Shown one piece after another: positions 44,158-52,527 of a DNA stretch of 54,417 nucleotides. Below the pieces are notes generated by a model that saw only the letters and a list, made by a program, of their open reading frames with translations, did not search any database and was not told the origin of the DNA. Position 1 is the first letter of the stretch. Every line of letters starts with the position of its first letter. The translations under genes and the position numbers were made by a program. Source of the stretch: Minisyncoccia bacterium (GTDB taxonomy: Bacteria > Patescibacteriota > Minisyncoccia > Phycocordibacterales > UBA9973); NCBI GenBank assembly GCA_041499755.1, contig JBGQKV010000001.1, positions 1-54,417 on the forward strand, given 5' to 3'.

Positions 44158-45399
44158 ATGTACACACGTACCTCGGGAAGACCGGCAAAGTTCGGTCGTC
44201 CCTCATTCGCTTCAAAGGCGAAACCCCGCTTTGGTGGAGGAAAATTTAATAGTAGAAAAGGCCCAAGTCCGGCTAAAAGAGGCAGGAGTCGTGGCGAACA
44301 CATAGACTTCTCGCGCTTTATAAAAAAGGCTCAGCATGTGGAAGAAAAAGTGTATGTCTCAAAGCATACTTTTGCCGATTTTCCTTTCTCCGCTCAGCTT
44401 CACAAGAATATAGCTCGCAAGGGTTTTGAGCATCCAAAGCCGATTCAAGACCAAGCGATTCCCTCTGTTCTTCAAGGCCGAGATGTTTTTGGCTTGGCGA
44501 ATACCGGCACAGGGAAAACAGCAGCTTTTCTTTTACCTCTTTTAGATAAAGTAATGAAAAACAAAATGGAGAAAGTGCTCGTGCTTGCACCTACTCGCGA
44601 GCTCGCGATGCAGATTGAAAGTGATTTGCGCTCACTAGCATTCGGATCGGGGCTTTTCGGAGTCTGCGTCGTCGGCGGGATGCCGATCATGAAGCAAATA
44701 AATGAAATCACTCGCGGAGTTTCTTTTGTTATTGGTACTCCAGGGCGAGTGACGGATTTGATAAAGAGAAAAGTCTTAGACCTCTCAAATTATAAAAATG
44801 TCGTGCTAGATGAAGCGGACAGGATGCTCGATATGGGATTCCGCGATGATATGGTTTTTATTTTAGGTAAATGCGCAAAAGAAAGACAGACACTTTTCTT
44901 TTCCGCGACGCTTTCGCCAGAGATTAAAAAATTGACCGAGCAATTCCTAAAAGATCCGCTTTTTATTTCGGTGGTTTCAGGCGAGACTGCAAAAAATATT
45001 GAGCAGGATGTTATCCGCGTGCGCAGTAAAGAAGATAAAATGGAACAGCTGCACGAAGTCTTGAAAAAAGACGGCTCGGATAAAGTACTGATCTTTCGCG
45101 AGATGAAGCACAGCGTGGATACCTTGGAAAAAGAACTCCGCCACATGGGCTTTAAAGTTGGTTCTATTCACGGAGACAAAAGAAGCCGAGAAAGAATCCG
45201 CACGCTCGATGCATTTAAAAAAGATATGATAAATATTCTCATTGCCACCGACGTCGCCGCTCGCGGACTGGACATTCCGGATGTTACTCACGTCATCAAC
45301 TATGATATCCCACAAACTTACGATACCTACGTGCACCGCATCGGGCGAACCGGCCGTGCAGGCAAAAAAGGCACTGCGCTCACCTTCGTGCCAGCGTAA
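44158..45399 (+). CDS. DEAD-box RNA helicase with Arg/Gly/Lys-rich N-terminal tail
   Basis: Q-motif region, TGTGKT, DEAD, SAT and HRIGRTGRAG. Confidence 0.9.
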   Translation: MYTRTSGRPAKFGRPSFASKAKPRFGGGKFNSRKGPSPAKRGRSRGEHIDFSRFIKKAQHVEEKVYVSKHTFADFPFSAQLHKNIARKGFEHPKPIQDQAIPSVLQGRDVFGLANTGTGKTAAFLLPLLDKVMKNKMEKVLVLAPTRELAMQIESDLRSLAFGSGLFGVCVVGGMPIMKQINEITRGVSFVIGTPGRVTDLIKRKVLDLSNYKNVVLDEADRMLDMGFRDDMVFILGKCAKERQTLFFSATLSPEIKKLTEQFLKDPLFISVVSGETAKNIEQDVIRVRSKEDKMEQLHEVLKKDGSDKVLIFREMKHSVDTLEKELRHMGFKVGSIHGDKRSRERIRTLDAFKKDMINILIATDVAARGLDIPDVTHVINYDIPQTYDTYVHRIGRTGRAGKKGTALTFVPA

Positions 45400-45416
45400 A
45401 AAGAGTAGTTTTTCTC

Positions 45417-45452
45417 AAAACAACCCGGCTTTGCAACCTAGGTTGTTTTTTG
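45417..45452 (+). terminator. intrinsic terminator
   Basis: AAAACAACC / loop / GGTTGTTTT followed by a T-run. Confidence 0.65.
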
Positions 45453-45501
45453 CTACCCTGACATTGAGTACAAACAATTGAACATTTAAAACAAAAAAAC
45501 A

Positions 45502-46749
45502 ATGAAAAAAGACACTTTTGCAAAAAAATCTTTAGACGGGTATACTTTACCAATGAAAGACAAAGAAATTGAAAAGTTGATAAAAGCTGAGGCCAAAAGG
45601 CAGAAAAGCGTTATTAACCTAATAGCTTCGGAAAATTACGTTTCTAATGATGTTTTAACAGCTTTAGGGTCTGTATTGACCAATAAATACGCCGAAGGGT
45701 ACCCAGGCAGACGTTATTATGGTGGCAATGAAATCATTGATAAAGTGGAATCTTTGGCTATTGCTCGCGCTTTAAAGCTTTTCAAATTAAAACCAGAAAA
45801 CTGGCATGTGAACGTGCAGCTCCTTTCAGGCAGCCCGGCAAACTTTGCCTTGTATTCTGCATTGGTGCCGCCTGAATTTGGACCAGACGGCAAGCCGACA
45901 AAAAAGATAATGGGAATGAAATTGACTTCTGGCGGGCATCTTACGCATGGGCATCCGCTTTCAATGACGGGCAAACTTTGGAAGCCGATTCAATTTTTAC
46001 TGGATGCAAAAACAGAACTGATTGATTACGATGCTTTGAAAAAAATAGCCGTAGAAGAGAAGCCAGACATTATCGTTGCAGGCTTTACTGCGTATCCGAG
46101 AGTCGTTGATTTCAAAAAATTCAGAGCGATTGCGGATGCTTGCGGGGCACTCCTTCATGTGGATATGTCGCATTTTGCAGGACTAGTGGCAGGAGGGGAG
46201 TATCCATCTCCATTTCCTTTTGCTGATTCCGTGATGACAACCACTCACAAGAGTCTTCGTGGTCCTCGCCAAGCTATTCTTTTTGTAAAAAAAGATGCGC
46301 GGGAATTTGATAAAAAGTTGGACAAGATGGTGATCCCGGGGCTCTTTGGCGGACCGCATGAGAATAATATTGCCGGTGTCGCTATTGCTCTGAAAGAAGC
46401 TGATAGTCCAGCGTTCAAGAAGTATGCAAAGCAAGTCATCAAAAACGCTCGTGCATTGGCAAAAGAACTACAAAGGCTCGGTTGGCGGATTGTCTCTGGC
46501 GGTACGGATTCACATCTAATCTTGATGGATACTTTCTCTTCTGCGGGAGTTTCAGGCAGTGATGCCAGCAAGAAACTGGAAAAAGCCGGAATAATTGTGA
46601 ATATGAATACTGTCCCTGGAGATACGCGTAGTGTTATGGACCCGTCTGGTATTCGTCTCGGTACTTGTGCAGAAACCACTATCGGTAAAAAAGAAAAAGA
46701 CATGATAAAAATTGCCAATATGATGGATAAGGCGTTAAGAGGAAAGTAA
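45502..46749 (+). CDS. glyA: serine hydroxymethyltransferase
   Basis: LIASENY.S, YAEGYPG.RYYGG and TTHK(S)LRGPR (PLP lysine) motifs. Confidence 0.9.
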   Translation: MKKDTFAKKSLDGYTLPMKDKEIEKLIKAEAKRQKSVINLIASENYVSNDVLTALGSVLTNKYAEGYPGRRYYGGNEIIDKVESLAIARALKLFKLKPENWHVNVQLLSGSPANFALYSALVPPEFGPDGKPTKKIMGMKLTSGGHLTHGHPLSMTGKLWKPIQFLLDAKTELIDYDALKKIAVEEKPDIIVAGFTAYPRVVDFKKFRAIADACGALLHVDMSHFAGLVAGGEYPSPFPFADSVMTTTHKSLRGPRQAILFVKKDAREFDKKLDKMVIPGLFGGPHENNIAGVAIALKEADSPAFKKYAKQVIKNARALAKELQRLGWRIVSGGTDSHLILMDTFSSAGVSGSDASKKLEKAGIIVNMNTVPGDTRSVMDPSGIRLGTCAETTIGKKEKDMIKIANMMDKALRGK

Positions 46750-46760
46750 AATCTTGATAA

Positions 46761-46793
46761 GGGCTCGTTTATAACAGACGGGCCCTTTTATTT
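46761..46793 (+). terminator. intrinsic terminator
   Basis: GGGCTCGT / 9-nt loop / ACGGGCCC (one G-U pair) followed by TTTTATTT. Confidence 0.65.
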
Positions 46794-46811
46794 AAATAAG
46801 ATGGAATATAA

Positions 46812-47051
46812 ATAAAAAATATCAAATTCTTAAATCTGGCAAACATTGATAAATTTTATCCGAAACAGTATATACATATTAGCTTGAAAGCTGATTGGGA
46901 TAGCAGTGAACCAAAAGTTTTAGAACCTGAAAAGTGCGAGAATTGGAGCTGGTACGATTTGGACGATTTGCCGAAAAATCTTTTCTACCAGATGCAACTC
47001 GCTTTGGAAAGCTATAAAACAGGCAAGAATTACTTTGATATAGAAAAATAA
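46812..47051 (+). pseudogene. C-terminal remnant of a NUDIX hydrolase gene
   Basis: Open frame without an ATG encodes ...HISLKADWDSSEPKVLEPEKCENWSWYDLDDLPKNLF..., the typical tail of MutT/NUDIX proteins. The Nudix box (GX5EX7REUXEEXGU) is absent. Confidence 0.55.
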
Positions 47052-47055
47052 TTAA

Positions 47056-47643
47056 ATGCTCCCTCAATATTTTGCTTACATTACAATATTCACTTCCATA
47101 TTCTCTGCGTATTTTTATATTCGCGAGACTTTAAAAGGAAACACAAAACCAAACCGTGTTTCTTGGACTATTTGGTTTATTGCGCCTATTGTTGCTTCGG
47201 CAATTTCATTTAGCAAAGGTGCAGGTATATCCGCACTGCCGATATTTATGGCAGGGTTTATTCCTTTTCTTGTGATTATCGGATCTTTTTGGAATAAAAA
47301 TGCGTATTGGAAGTTGGGCAAATTAGATTATATTTGTTTCGCCCTCTCTATCTTTGCTATTGTAAGCTGGATTTTCTTAAAAGAAGGGACACTGGTGACT
47401 ATATGTGCGATTTTGGCAGATGGTATTGCTTTTATACCTACATACGTAAAATCTTGGACCAACCCGGAGACAGAGACCTTGAGTTCTTACTACTCCGGTT
47501 CCTTTAACGCGCTTCTAAGTATTTTCACACTGACTGCTTTTTCTTTTAATACCGCAGGCTTTGCCACTTACCTTTTCCTCGGTAATCTTGTTGAAATCCT
47601 CATAGTTCTATTTAGACGAAGATATTTTAAAGCCAAACAGTAG
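47056..47643 (+). CDS. multi-TM membrane protein, unknown function
   Basis: About 6 hydrophobic segments with no clear motif. Confidence 0.55.
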   Translation: MLPQYFAYITIFTSIFSAYFYIRETLKGNTKPNRVSWTIWFIAPIVASAISFSKGAGISALPIFMAGFIPFLVIIGSFWNKNAYWKLGKLDYICFALSIFAIVSWIFLKEGTLVTICAILADGIAFIPTYVKSWTNPETETLSSYYSGSFNALLSIFTLTAFSFNTAGFATYLFLGNLVEILIVLFRRRYFKAKQ

Positions 47644-47660
47644 TTTTAGCTCTCATTTTC

Positions 47661-47669
47661 TGCTATATT
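47661..47669 (+). promoter_or_regulatory. extended -10 element TGCTATATT, 6 nt before the ATG at 47676
   Basis: TCTGCTAT motif copy with no room for a Shine-Dalgarno sequence. Confidence 0.55.
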
Positions 47670-47675
47670 TCCTCT

Positions 47676-48377
47676 ATGGTCAAAAGGGCAAAACGAGGGA
47701 AGCTCATAGTAATAGACGGCACAGACGGTAGCGATAAGACCACGCAGGCCAATTTACTGATAAAGCATCTCCGTAAAGATGGGCGTAAGGTGAAGTTTAT
47801 CCACTTTCCTAGGTATGAAGACAATTTTTTCGGTAAATTTATAGCGCACTGCCTCTCGGAGCAGTATTACAATTGGGTAAATACTCATCCAAAGGTTGCC
47901 TCTGTTGTCTATGCGGCAGATAGATGGGAATCAAAAGAAGAAGTACAAGGATGGCTCAAAGATGGTTATGTCGTTGTTATGGATAGATATATTTCTTCAA
48001 ACCAGATTCATCAAGGAGGCAAAATCTCTAATGTAAAAAAAAGAAAAGCATTTATAAAGTGGCTGGCAGAGATGGAATACAAAGTTTTTAAAATTCCTGC
48101 GCCGGACCTGACTATTTATTTATCCTTGCCGATTAATATGGTTTTAAAATTAATAAAAGATCGCAATTACAAAGGTGCTCGCGCGTATTTAGGCAGTAAG
48201 AAAGATGTCCACGAGAAAGATAAAAACTTTCTAAAAAATTCCATCAAGAGTGCTCTTTGGCTCGCGAAAACGCAAAAAAATTGGATTAAAATTGAATGTA
48301 TGAAAGGAAAGGAGTTGAAAAGTTTTCCGGATATTCACGAAGAAATTTATAAGAACATTAAAAAAGTTTTAAAATAA
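47676..48377 (+). CDS. tmk: thymidylate kinase-like protein
   Basis: KLIVIDGTDGSDKTTQ P-loop region (Asp where Gly is usual), DRY motif and appropriate length. Confidence 0.75.
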   Translation: MVKRAKRGKLIVIDGTDGSDKTTQANLLIKHLRKDGRKVKFIHFPRYEDNFFGKFIAHCLSEQYYNWVNTHPKVASVVYAADRWESKEEVQGWLKDGYVVVMDRYISSNQIHQGGKISNVKKRKAFIKWLAEMEYKVFKIPAPDLTIYLSLPINMVLKLIKDRNYKGARAYLGSKKDVHEKDKNFLKNSIKSALWLAKTQKNWIKIECMKGKELKSFPDIHEEIYKNIKKVLK

Positions 48378-48814
48378 TGCAACTAAAAGTTAAAAAACTA
48401 CACAAAGATGCAAAATTGCCGACGCACGGGCACCCCGGGGATGCGGGGATGGATTTTTATGCGATAGAGGATGTGCTTTTCCCGGCGGGCAAGCAGGCTC
48501 GGGTTTACACCGGTGTTGCCGTTGAGGTGCCTCCCGGCCATGTCGGCATGGTCTGGGACAAGTCCGGCATTTCATTCAATCTCGGCCTCAAAGTTATGGG
48601 CGGTGTGATAGATTCCGGCTATCGCGGAGAGATAATAATGAATATGCTAAACACTTCAAACAAAGACGTGCTTTTACCCAAAGGTCATAAAGTGGCTCAG
48701 ATGCTAATACAGAGCTTTGAGCATTGTGATATCGTAGAAGTAGAAGGGCTGACTGGGACAGTGCGTGGCGAAGGCAGGGAAGGGAGCACGGGTCATATGC
48801 ACAAAGATGCTTAG
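48377..48814 (+). CDS. dut: dUTP diphosphatase (trimeric dUTPase)
   Basis: GDAGMDFYA and GVIDSGYRGE motifs. Confidence 0.9.
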   Translation: MQLKVKKLHKDAKLPTHGHPGDAGMDFYAIEDVLFPAGKQARVYTGVAVEVPPGHVGMVWDKSGISFNLGLKVMGGVIDSGYRGEIIMNMLNTSNKDVLLPKGHKVAQMLIQSFEHCDIVEVEGLTGTVRGEGREGSTGHMHKDA

Positions 48815-50525
48815 AAATAGAATGAAAGAAACTTTAGAAAAGTTAATTAAGAATGCGCTAAAAAATCTTGGTATAAACGAGGTAGATTTTATTGTGGAGC
48901 ATCCGGCGGATTTAAAAATGGGGGATTATTCTACAAACGTGGCGATGGCGCTAGCCAAAGTGCAAAAAGCTAATCCAAAAGAATTGGCAGAAAAGATAGT
49001 TAGCGAAATGTCAAAGACGGCCTTTGACATGATTGAAAAAACAGAAGTAGCTGGCGCAGGGTTTATTAATTTTTATTTATCGGCTGGGTATTTTACCGAG
49101 GAACTTGCAAAAGTACTGAAAGATAAAAACTACGGTGCGGGCGAAATGTTGAAGGGTAAAAAAGTAATGGTGGAATACACCCAACCGAACCCTTTCAAGC
49201 CTTTTCATATCGGGCATTTAATGAGCAATGCCATAGGCGAAGCACTCTCGCGCATTGTTGAATTCCAGGGAGCAAAAGTAGTGCGAGCAAACTATCAAGG
49301 CGATGTCGGCCCGCATGTGGCGAAGGCTATCTGGGGTATGTACAAAGCCGGCCCGCCAGCTGACGAGTCAGCGTCTGTGTCAGTGCTTGCTCAGTACATA
49401 GGAGAGTGTTACGCAAAAGGAAGCGATGCGTACGACAATGAAGCTCAGGCGAAAAAAGAAATAGATGTAATAAATAAAAAAGTTTACGACCGGAGCGATG
49501 AAGAAGTAAATAAAATTTACGACTGGGGGAGAAAGGTGACACTCGAAGCCTTTGAAGAGCTTTATAAAATCCTCGGCACAAAATTCGATCATTACTTTTT
49601 TGAAAGCGAAGTTGCAAAAATAGGCCAGAAAATGGTTTCAGAAAATACTGGTAAAGTTTTTGAACTTTCTGAAGGCGCTGTAGTTTTCAAAGCGGAAAAA
49701 TGTGATCCAAAGCTCCACACTCGAGTCTTTATAAACTCGCAAGGCTTGCCGACTTATGAAACAAAAGAGCTCGGCTTGACCGAAACAAAATTTGAAAAAG
49801 AAAATCCAGATCTTTCCATTGTCACGACAGCCGTAGAACAAGCTGAATATATGAAAGTGGTAGAGAAAGCGATCTCGCTCATAAACCCAGGCATTGCCAG
49901 AAGGATGAAGCATATCACGCACGGGATGATGCGCTTTGCTTCGGGTAAAATGTCTTCCAGAAAAGGGAATGTAATTACTGGTGAATCTCTCATTCGTGAT
50001 ACCGTGGCACTAATCCAAGAAAAAATGAAAGAGCGCGAGTGGAGAGATGATGAGAAAAAAGAAGTGGCAGAGATTGTCGGCGTTGCCTCAATAAAATATT
50101 CCATTCTACGATCCAAGATGGGAAGCGATATAGTTTACGATGTAGATAAATCTATTTCAGTAGAAGGGGACTCGGGTCCGTATTTGCAATATGCTCTCAC
50201 TCGCGCGAACTCTGTATTAGAAAAAGGTATCGCAGAAAAACTTGTGCCAAGTTTTTCTGCACAAGCCGATGTCGGCCCCTTAGAAAAAATGCTCACTCGT
50301 TTCCCAGAAGTTACTCTACGTGCCTACGAGGAACTTGAACCGCACCACATCGTCACTTACCTTACCGAGCTTGCGTCTCTCTTCAATTCCTTCTATGCCC
50401 AACAAAAAATCGCTGACCCCGCCGATCCGCAATCTCCCTACAAGCTGGCTGTCACGGCATCTTTTGCTAACATTATGACCCAAGGCCTCACCCTCCTCGG
50501 TATTAAAGCTCCAGAGAGGATGTAA
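48807..50525 (+). CDS. argS: arginine--tRNA ligase
   Basis: NPFKPFHIGH class I motif and anticodon-binding domain tail. The start is the ATG at 48807 or 48822. Confidence 0.9.
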   Translation: MLRNRMKETLEKLIKNALKNLGINEVDFIVEHPADLKMGDYSTNVAMALAKVQKANPKELAEKIVSEMSKTAFDMIEKTEVAGAGFINFYLSAGYFTEELAKVLKDKNYGAGEMLKGKKVMVEYTQPNPFKPFHIGHLMSNAIGEALSRIVEFQGAKVVRANYQGDVGPHVAKAIWGMYKAGPPADESASVSVLAQYIGECYAKGSDAYDNEAQAKKEIDVINKKVYDRSDEEVNKIYDWGRKVTLEAFEELYKILGTKFDHYFFESEVAKIGQKMVSENTGKVFELSEGAVVFKAEKCDPKLHTRVFINSQGLPTYETKELGLTETKFEKENPDLSIVTTAVEQAEYMKVVEKAISLINPGIARRMKHITHGMMRFASGKMSSRKGNVITGESLIRDTVALIQEKMKEREWRDDEKKEVAEIVGVASIKYSILRSKMGSDIVYDVDKSISVEGDSGPYLQYALTRANSVLEKGIAEKLVPSFSAQADVGPLEKMLTRFPEVTLRAYEELEPHHIVTYLTELASLFNSFYAQQKIADPADPQSPYKLAVTASFANIMTQGLTLLGIKAPERM

Positions 50526-50526
50526 T

Positions 50527-52146
50527 ATGACTCAAAACGAAGCGCTGAATATTTTAAAAACTGGGGGGAACGTATTTCTCACTGGCGAGCCGGGGGCGGG
50601 GAAGACGTACACAATAAATGCATATGTTTCTTATTTGCGTTCTTGCGATATCGAGCCAGCGATCACCGCTTCTACCGGTATTGCCGCGACGCATATCGGC
50701 GGGATGACGATTCATTCGTGGAGTGGCATCGGCATTAAGACGAAGTTCGATAAATATGATTTGGACAAAATAGGGAGTAGTGAATATATTGTCCGGCGGG
50801 TGCGAAAAACTAAAGTGCTCATTATCGATGAAGTCTCAATGCTCTCGAAAAATATGCTCGATATGGTGGATATGGTCTGCCGAGAAATAAAGCAAAACAG
50901 CGAGCCATTTGGCGGGATGCAGATCGTCTTGGTGGGGGATTTTTTCCAGCTTCCACCGATTATAAAAAGAAATATTGATGATGATAAACAAGAAACACTG
51001 ATAGAAAATAAAGCGACGAATTTTGCTTATGATTCTTCAGCTTGGGAGAGGGCGCAGATGATCACCTGTTATATTTCCGAACAATACCGCCAAGATGACA
51101 GTGAATTTCTTTCTGTGCTTTCGGCCATACGCGCCGATGATGTTTCAGAGGAGCATTTTAATCACATTGCCAGCAGACAGGTTGCGGAGGTTGATGCGCC
51201 AGCAAATATCACAAAGCTTTTCTCGCACAATATCGATGTCGATCGGGTGAATGATGTCGAACTTGCTAAATTAAAAACAGAAGAAAAATCTTTTTTGATG
51301 ACCTCTGAAGGCAATCTTTCACTCGTCACCGCCTTAAAAAAAGGATGCCTTTCGCCTGAAGTGTTGAAGCTCAAAGTCGGCGCTGTGGTGATGTGTACAA
51401 AAAATAATCCAAAGGAAAGATTTGTAAATGGCACGCTTGGCACTATCATTGATTTTGATAATTATGCCGGATATCCGATTGTTAAAACTCGCAATGGAAA
51501 AAATATTACGATCGAGCCGATGGATTGGACTGTGGAAGAGAACGGAAAAATCCGCGCGCAGATATCGCAAGTTCCACTCCGTCTCGCTTGGGCTATCACG
51601 GTGCACAAGAGCCAGGGGATGAGCTTGGATGCCGCGGTGATGGACCTCTCGCAAGTATTTGAATTCGGCCAGGGCTATGTGGCACTCTCACGAGTACGCA
51701 GAATCTCAGGACTTTATTTACTCGGAATAAATAGTCACGCACTCAAAGTGCACCCAGCAATCCTAGAAAGAGATATTGATTTTAAAAATAAATCTAAAGA
51801 GGCCACGCAATTTTTTGGCAAACTCCCAGCGAGCGAAATTAAAAAACTCTATGATAATTTTGTACTGGCTTGTGGTGGGAAGGTAAAGAAGCAGGAAGCA
51901 GGGAACGCACCTAGTATAGTGCATCCACTTAAATATTCTAATTTACAAGTTAAGCCCGAAAGTAAGAGTTTTGAGGAAGTAAGAAAAAAATATCCCAATG
52001 CATATCGCCCTTGGGAGAAGGAACAAGATGCAGAGTTAGTGCAGCTTTTCAAAGCCGGTTTGTCTACTGCCGACCTCGTAAAACGTTTTGGGAGACAAGG
52101 AGGCTCAATCTATTCTCGGCTGGAAAAGCTTGGCCTTAAAAAATAA
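50527..52146 (+). CDS. Pif1/RecD-family SF1 helicase with C-terminal HTH
   Basis: LTGEPGAGKTY Walker A, LIIDEVSML, GDFFQLPPI, AITVHKSQG and a C-terminal helix-turn-helix-like tail. Confidence 0.85.
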   Translation: MTQNEALNILKTGGNVFLTGEPGAGKTYTINAYVSYLRSCDIEPAITASTGIAATHIGGMTIHSWSGIGIKTKFDKYDLDKIGSSEYIVRRVRKTKVLIIDEVSMLSKNMLDMVDMVCREIKQNSEPFGGMQIVLVGDFFQLPPIIKRNIDDDKQETLIENKATNFAYDSSAWERAQMITCYISEQYRQDDSEFLSVLSAIRADDVSEEHFNHIASRQVAEVDAPANITKLFSHNIDVDRVNDVELAKLKTEEKSFLMTSEGNLSLVTALKKGCLSPEVLKLKVGAVVMCTKNNPKERFVNGTLGTIIDFDNYAGYPIVKTRNGKNITIEPMDWTVEENGKIRAQISQVPLRLAWAITVHKSQGMSLDAAVMDLSQVFEFGQGYVALSRVRRISGLYLLGINSHALKVHPAILERDIDFKNKSKEATQFFGKLPASEIKKLYDNFVLACGGKVKKQEAGNAPSIVHPLKYSNLQVKPESKSFEEVRKKYPNAYRPWEKEQDAELVQLFKAGLSTADLVKRFGRQGGSIYSRLEKLGLKK

Positions 52147-52149
52147 AAG

Positions 52150-52184
52150 TGATATAATTATGACATTATTGATAATGTCATAAT
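52150..52184 (+). promoter_or_regulatory. extended -10 (TGATATAAT) overlapping a perfect 13-2-13 palindromic operator
   Basis: ATTATGACATTAT (52157-52169), TG, then ATAATGTCATAAT (52172-52184), immediately upstream of the ArsR-family gene. Confidence 0.7.
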
Positions 52185-52191
52185 GTAAAAT

Positions 52192-52467
52192 ATGAAAAAA
52201 GAAATTAATTTTAAATACCTTGAAAGGATTATAAAAGGAGGCGCCAACCATCGACGGCTTCAAATACTTTTTCTACTTGAGAAAAGTCCCGGTCTGTCTG
52301 TTGAGGAGGTTTCTTCTAATCTCAACGTAGTATTTGTCACAATTGCTAGTCATTTACAAAAATTGCACCTCTCTGGTCTTGTTAGTAAAAAATACATAGG
52401 ACGGACAGTTGTTCATAATTTCACTAAGCGTGGAAAGGATATTATGACATTATGTAGAATATTATAA
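52192..52467 (+). CDS. ArsR-family winged-helix transcriptional regulator
   Basis: HRRLQILFLL......SV.E.......V....SHL.KL...GLV pattern. Confidence 0.8.
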   Translation: MKKEINFKYLERIIKGGANHRRLQILFLLEKSPGLSVEEVSSNLNVVFVTIASHLQKLHLSGLVSKKYIGRTVVHNFTKRGKDIMTLCRIL

Positions 52468-52527
52468 TAAGATAGTTATCCACATTTTCTCTATATTATT
52501 TTATTTAGCAGTATTATAATTATATTA

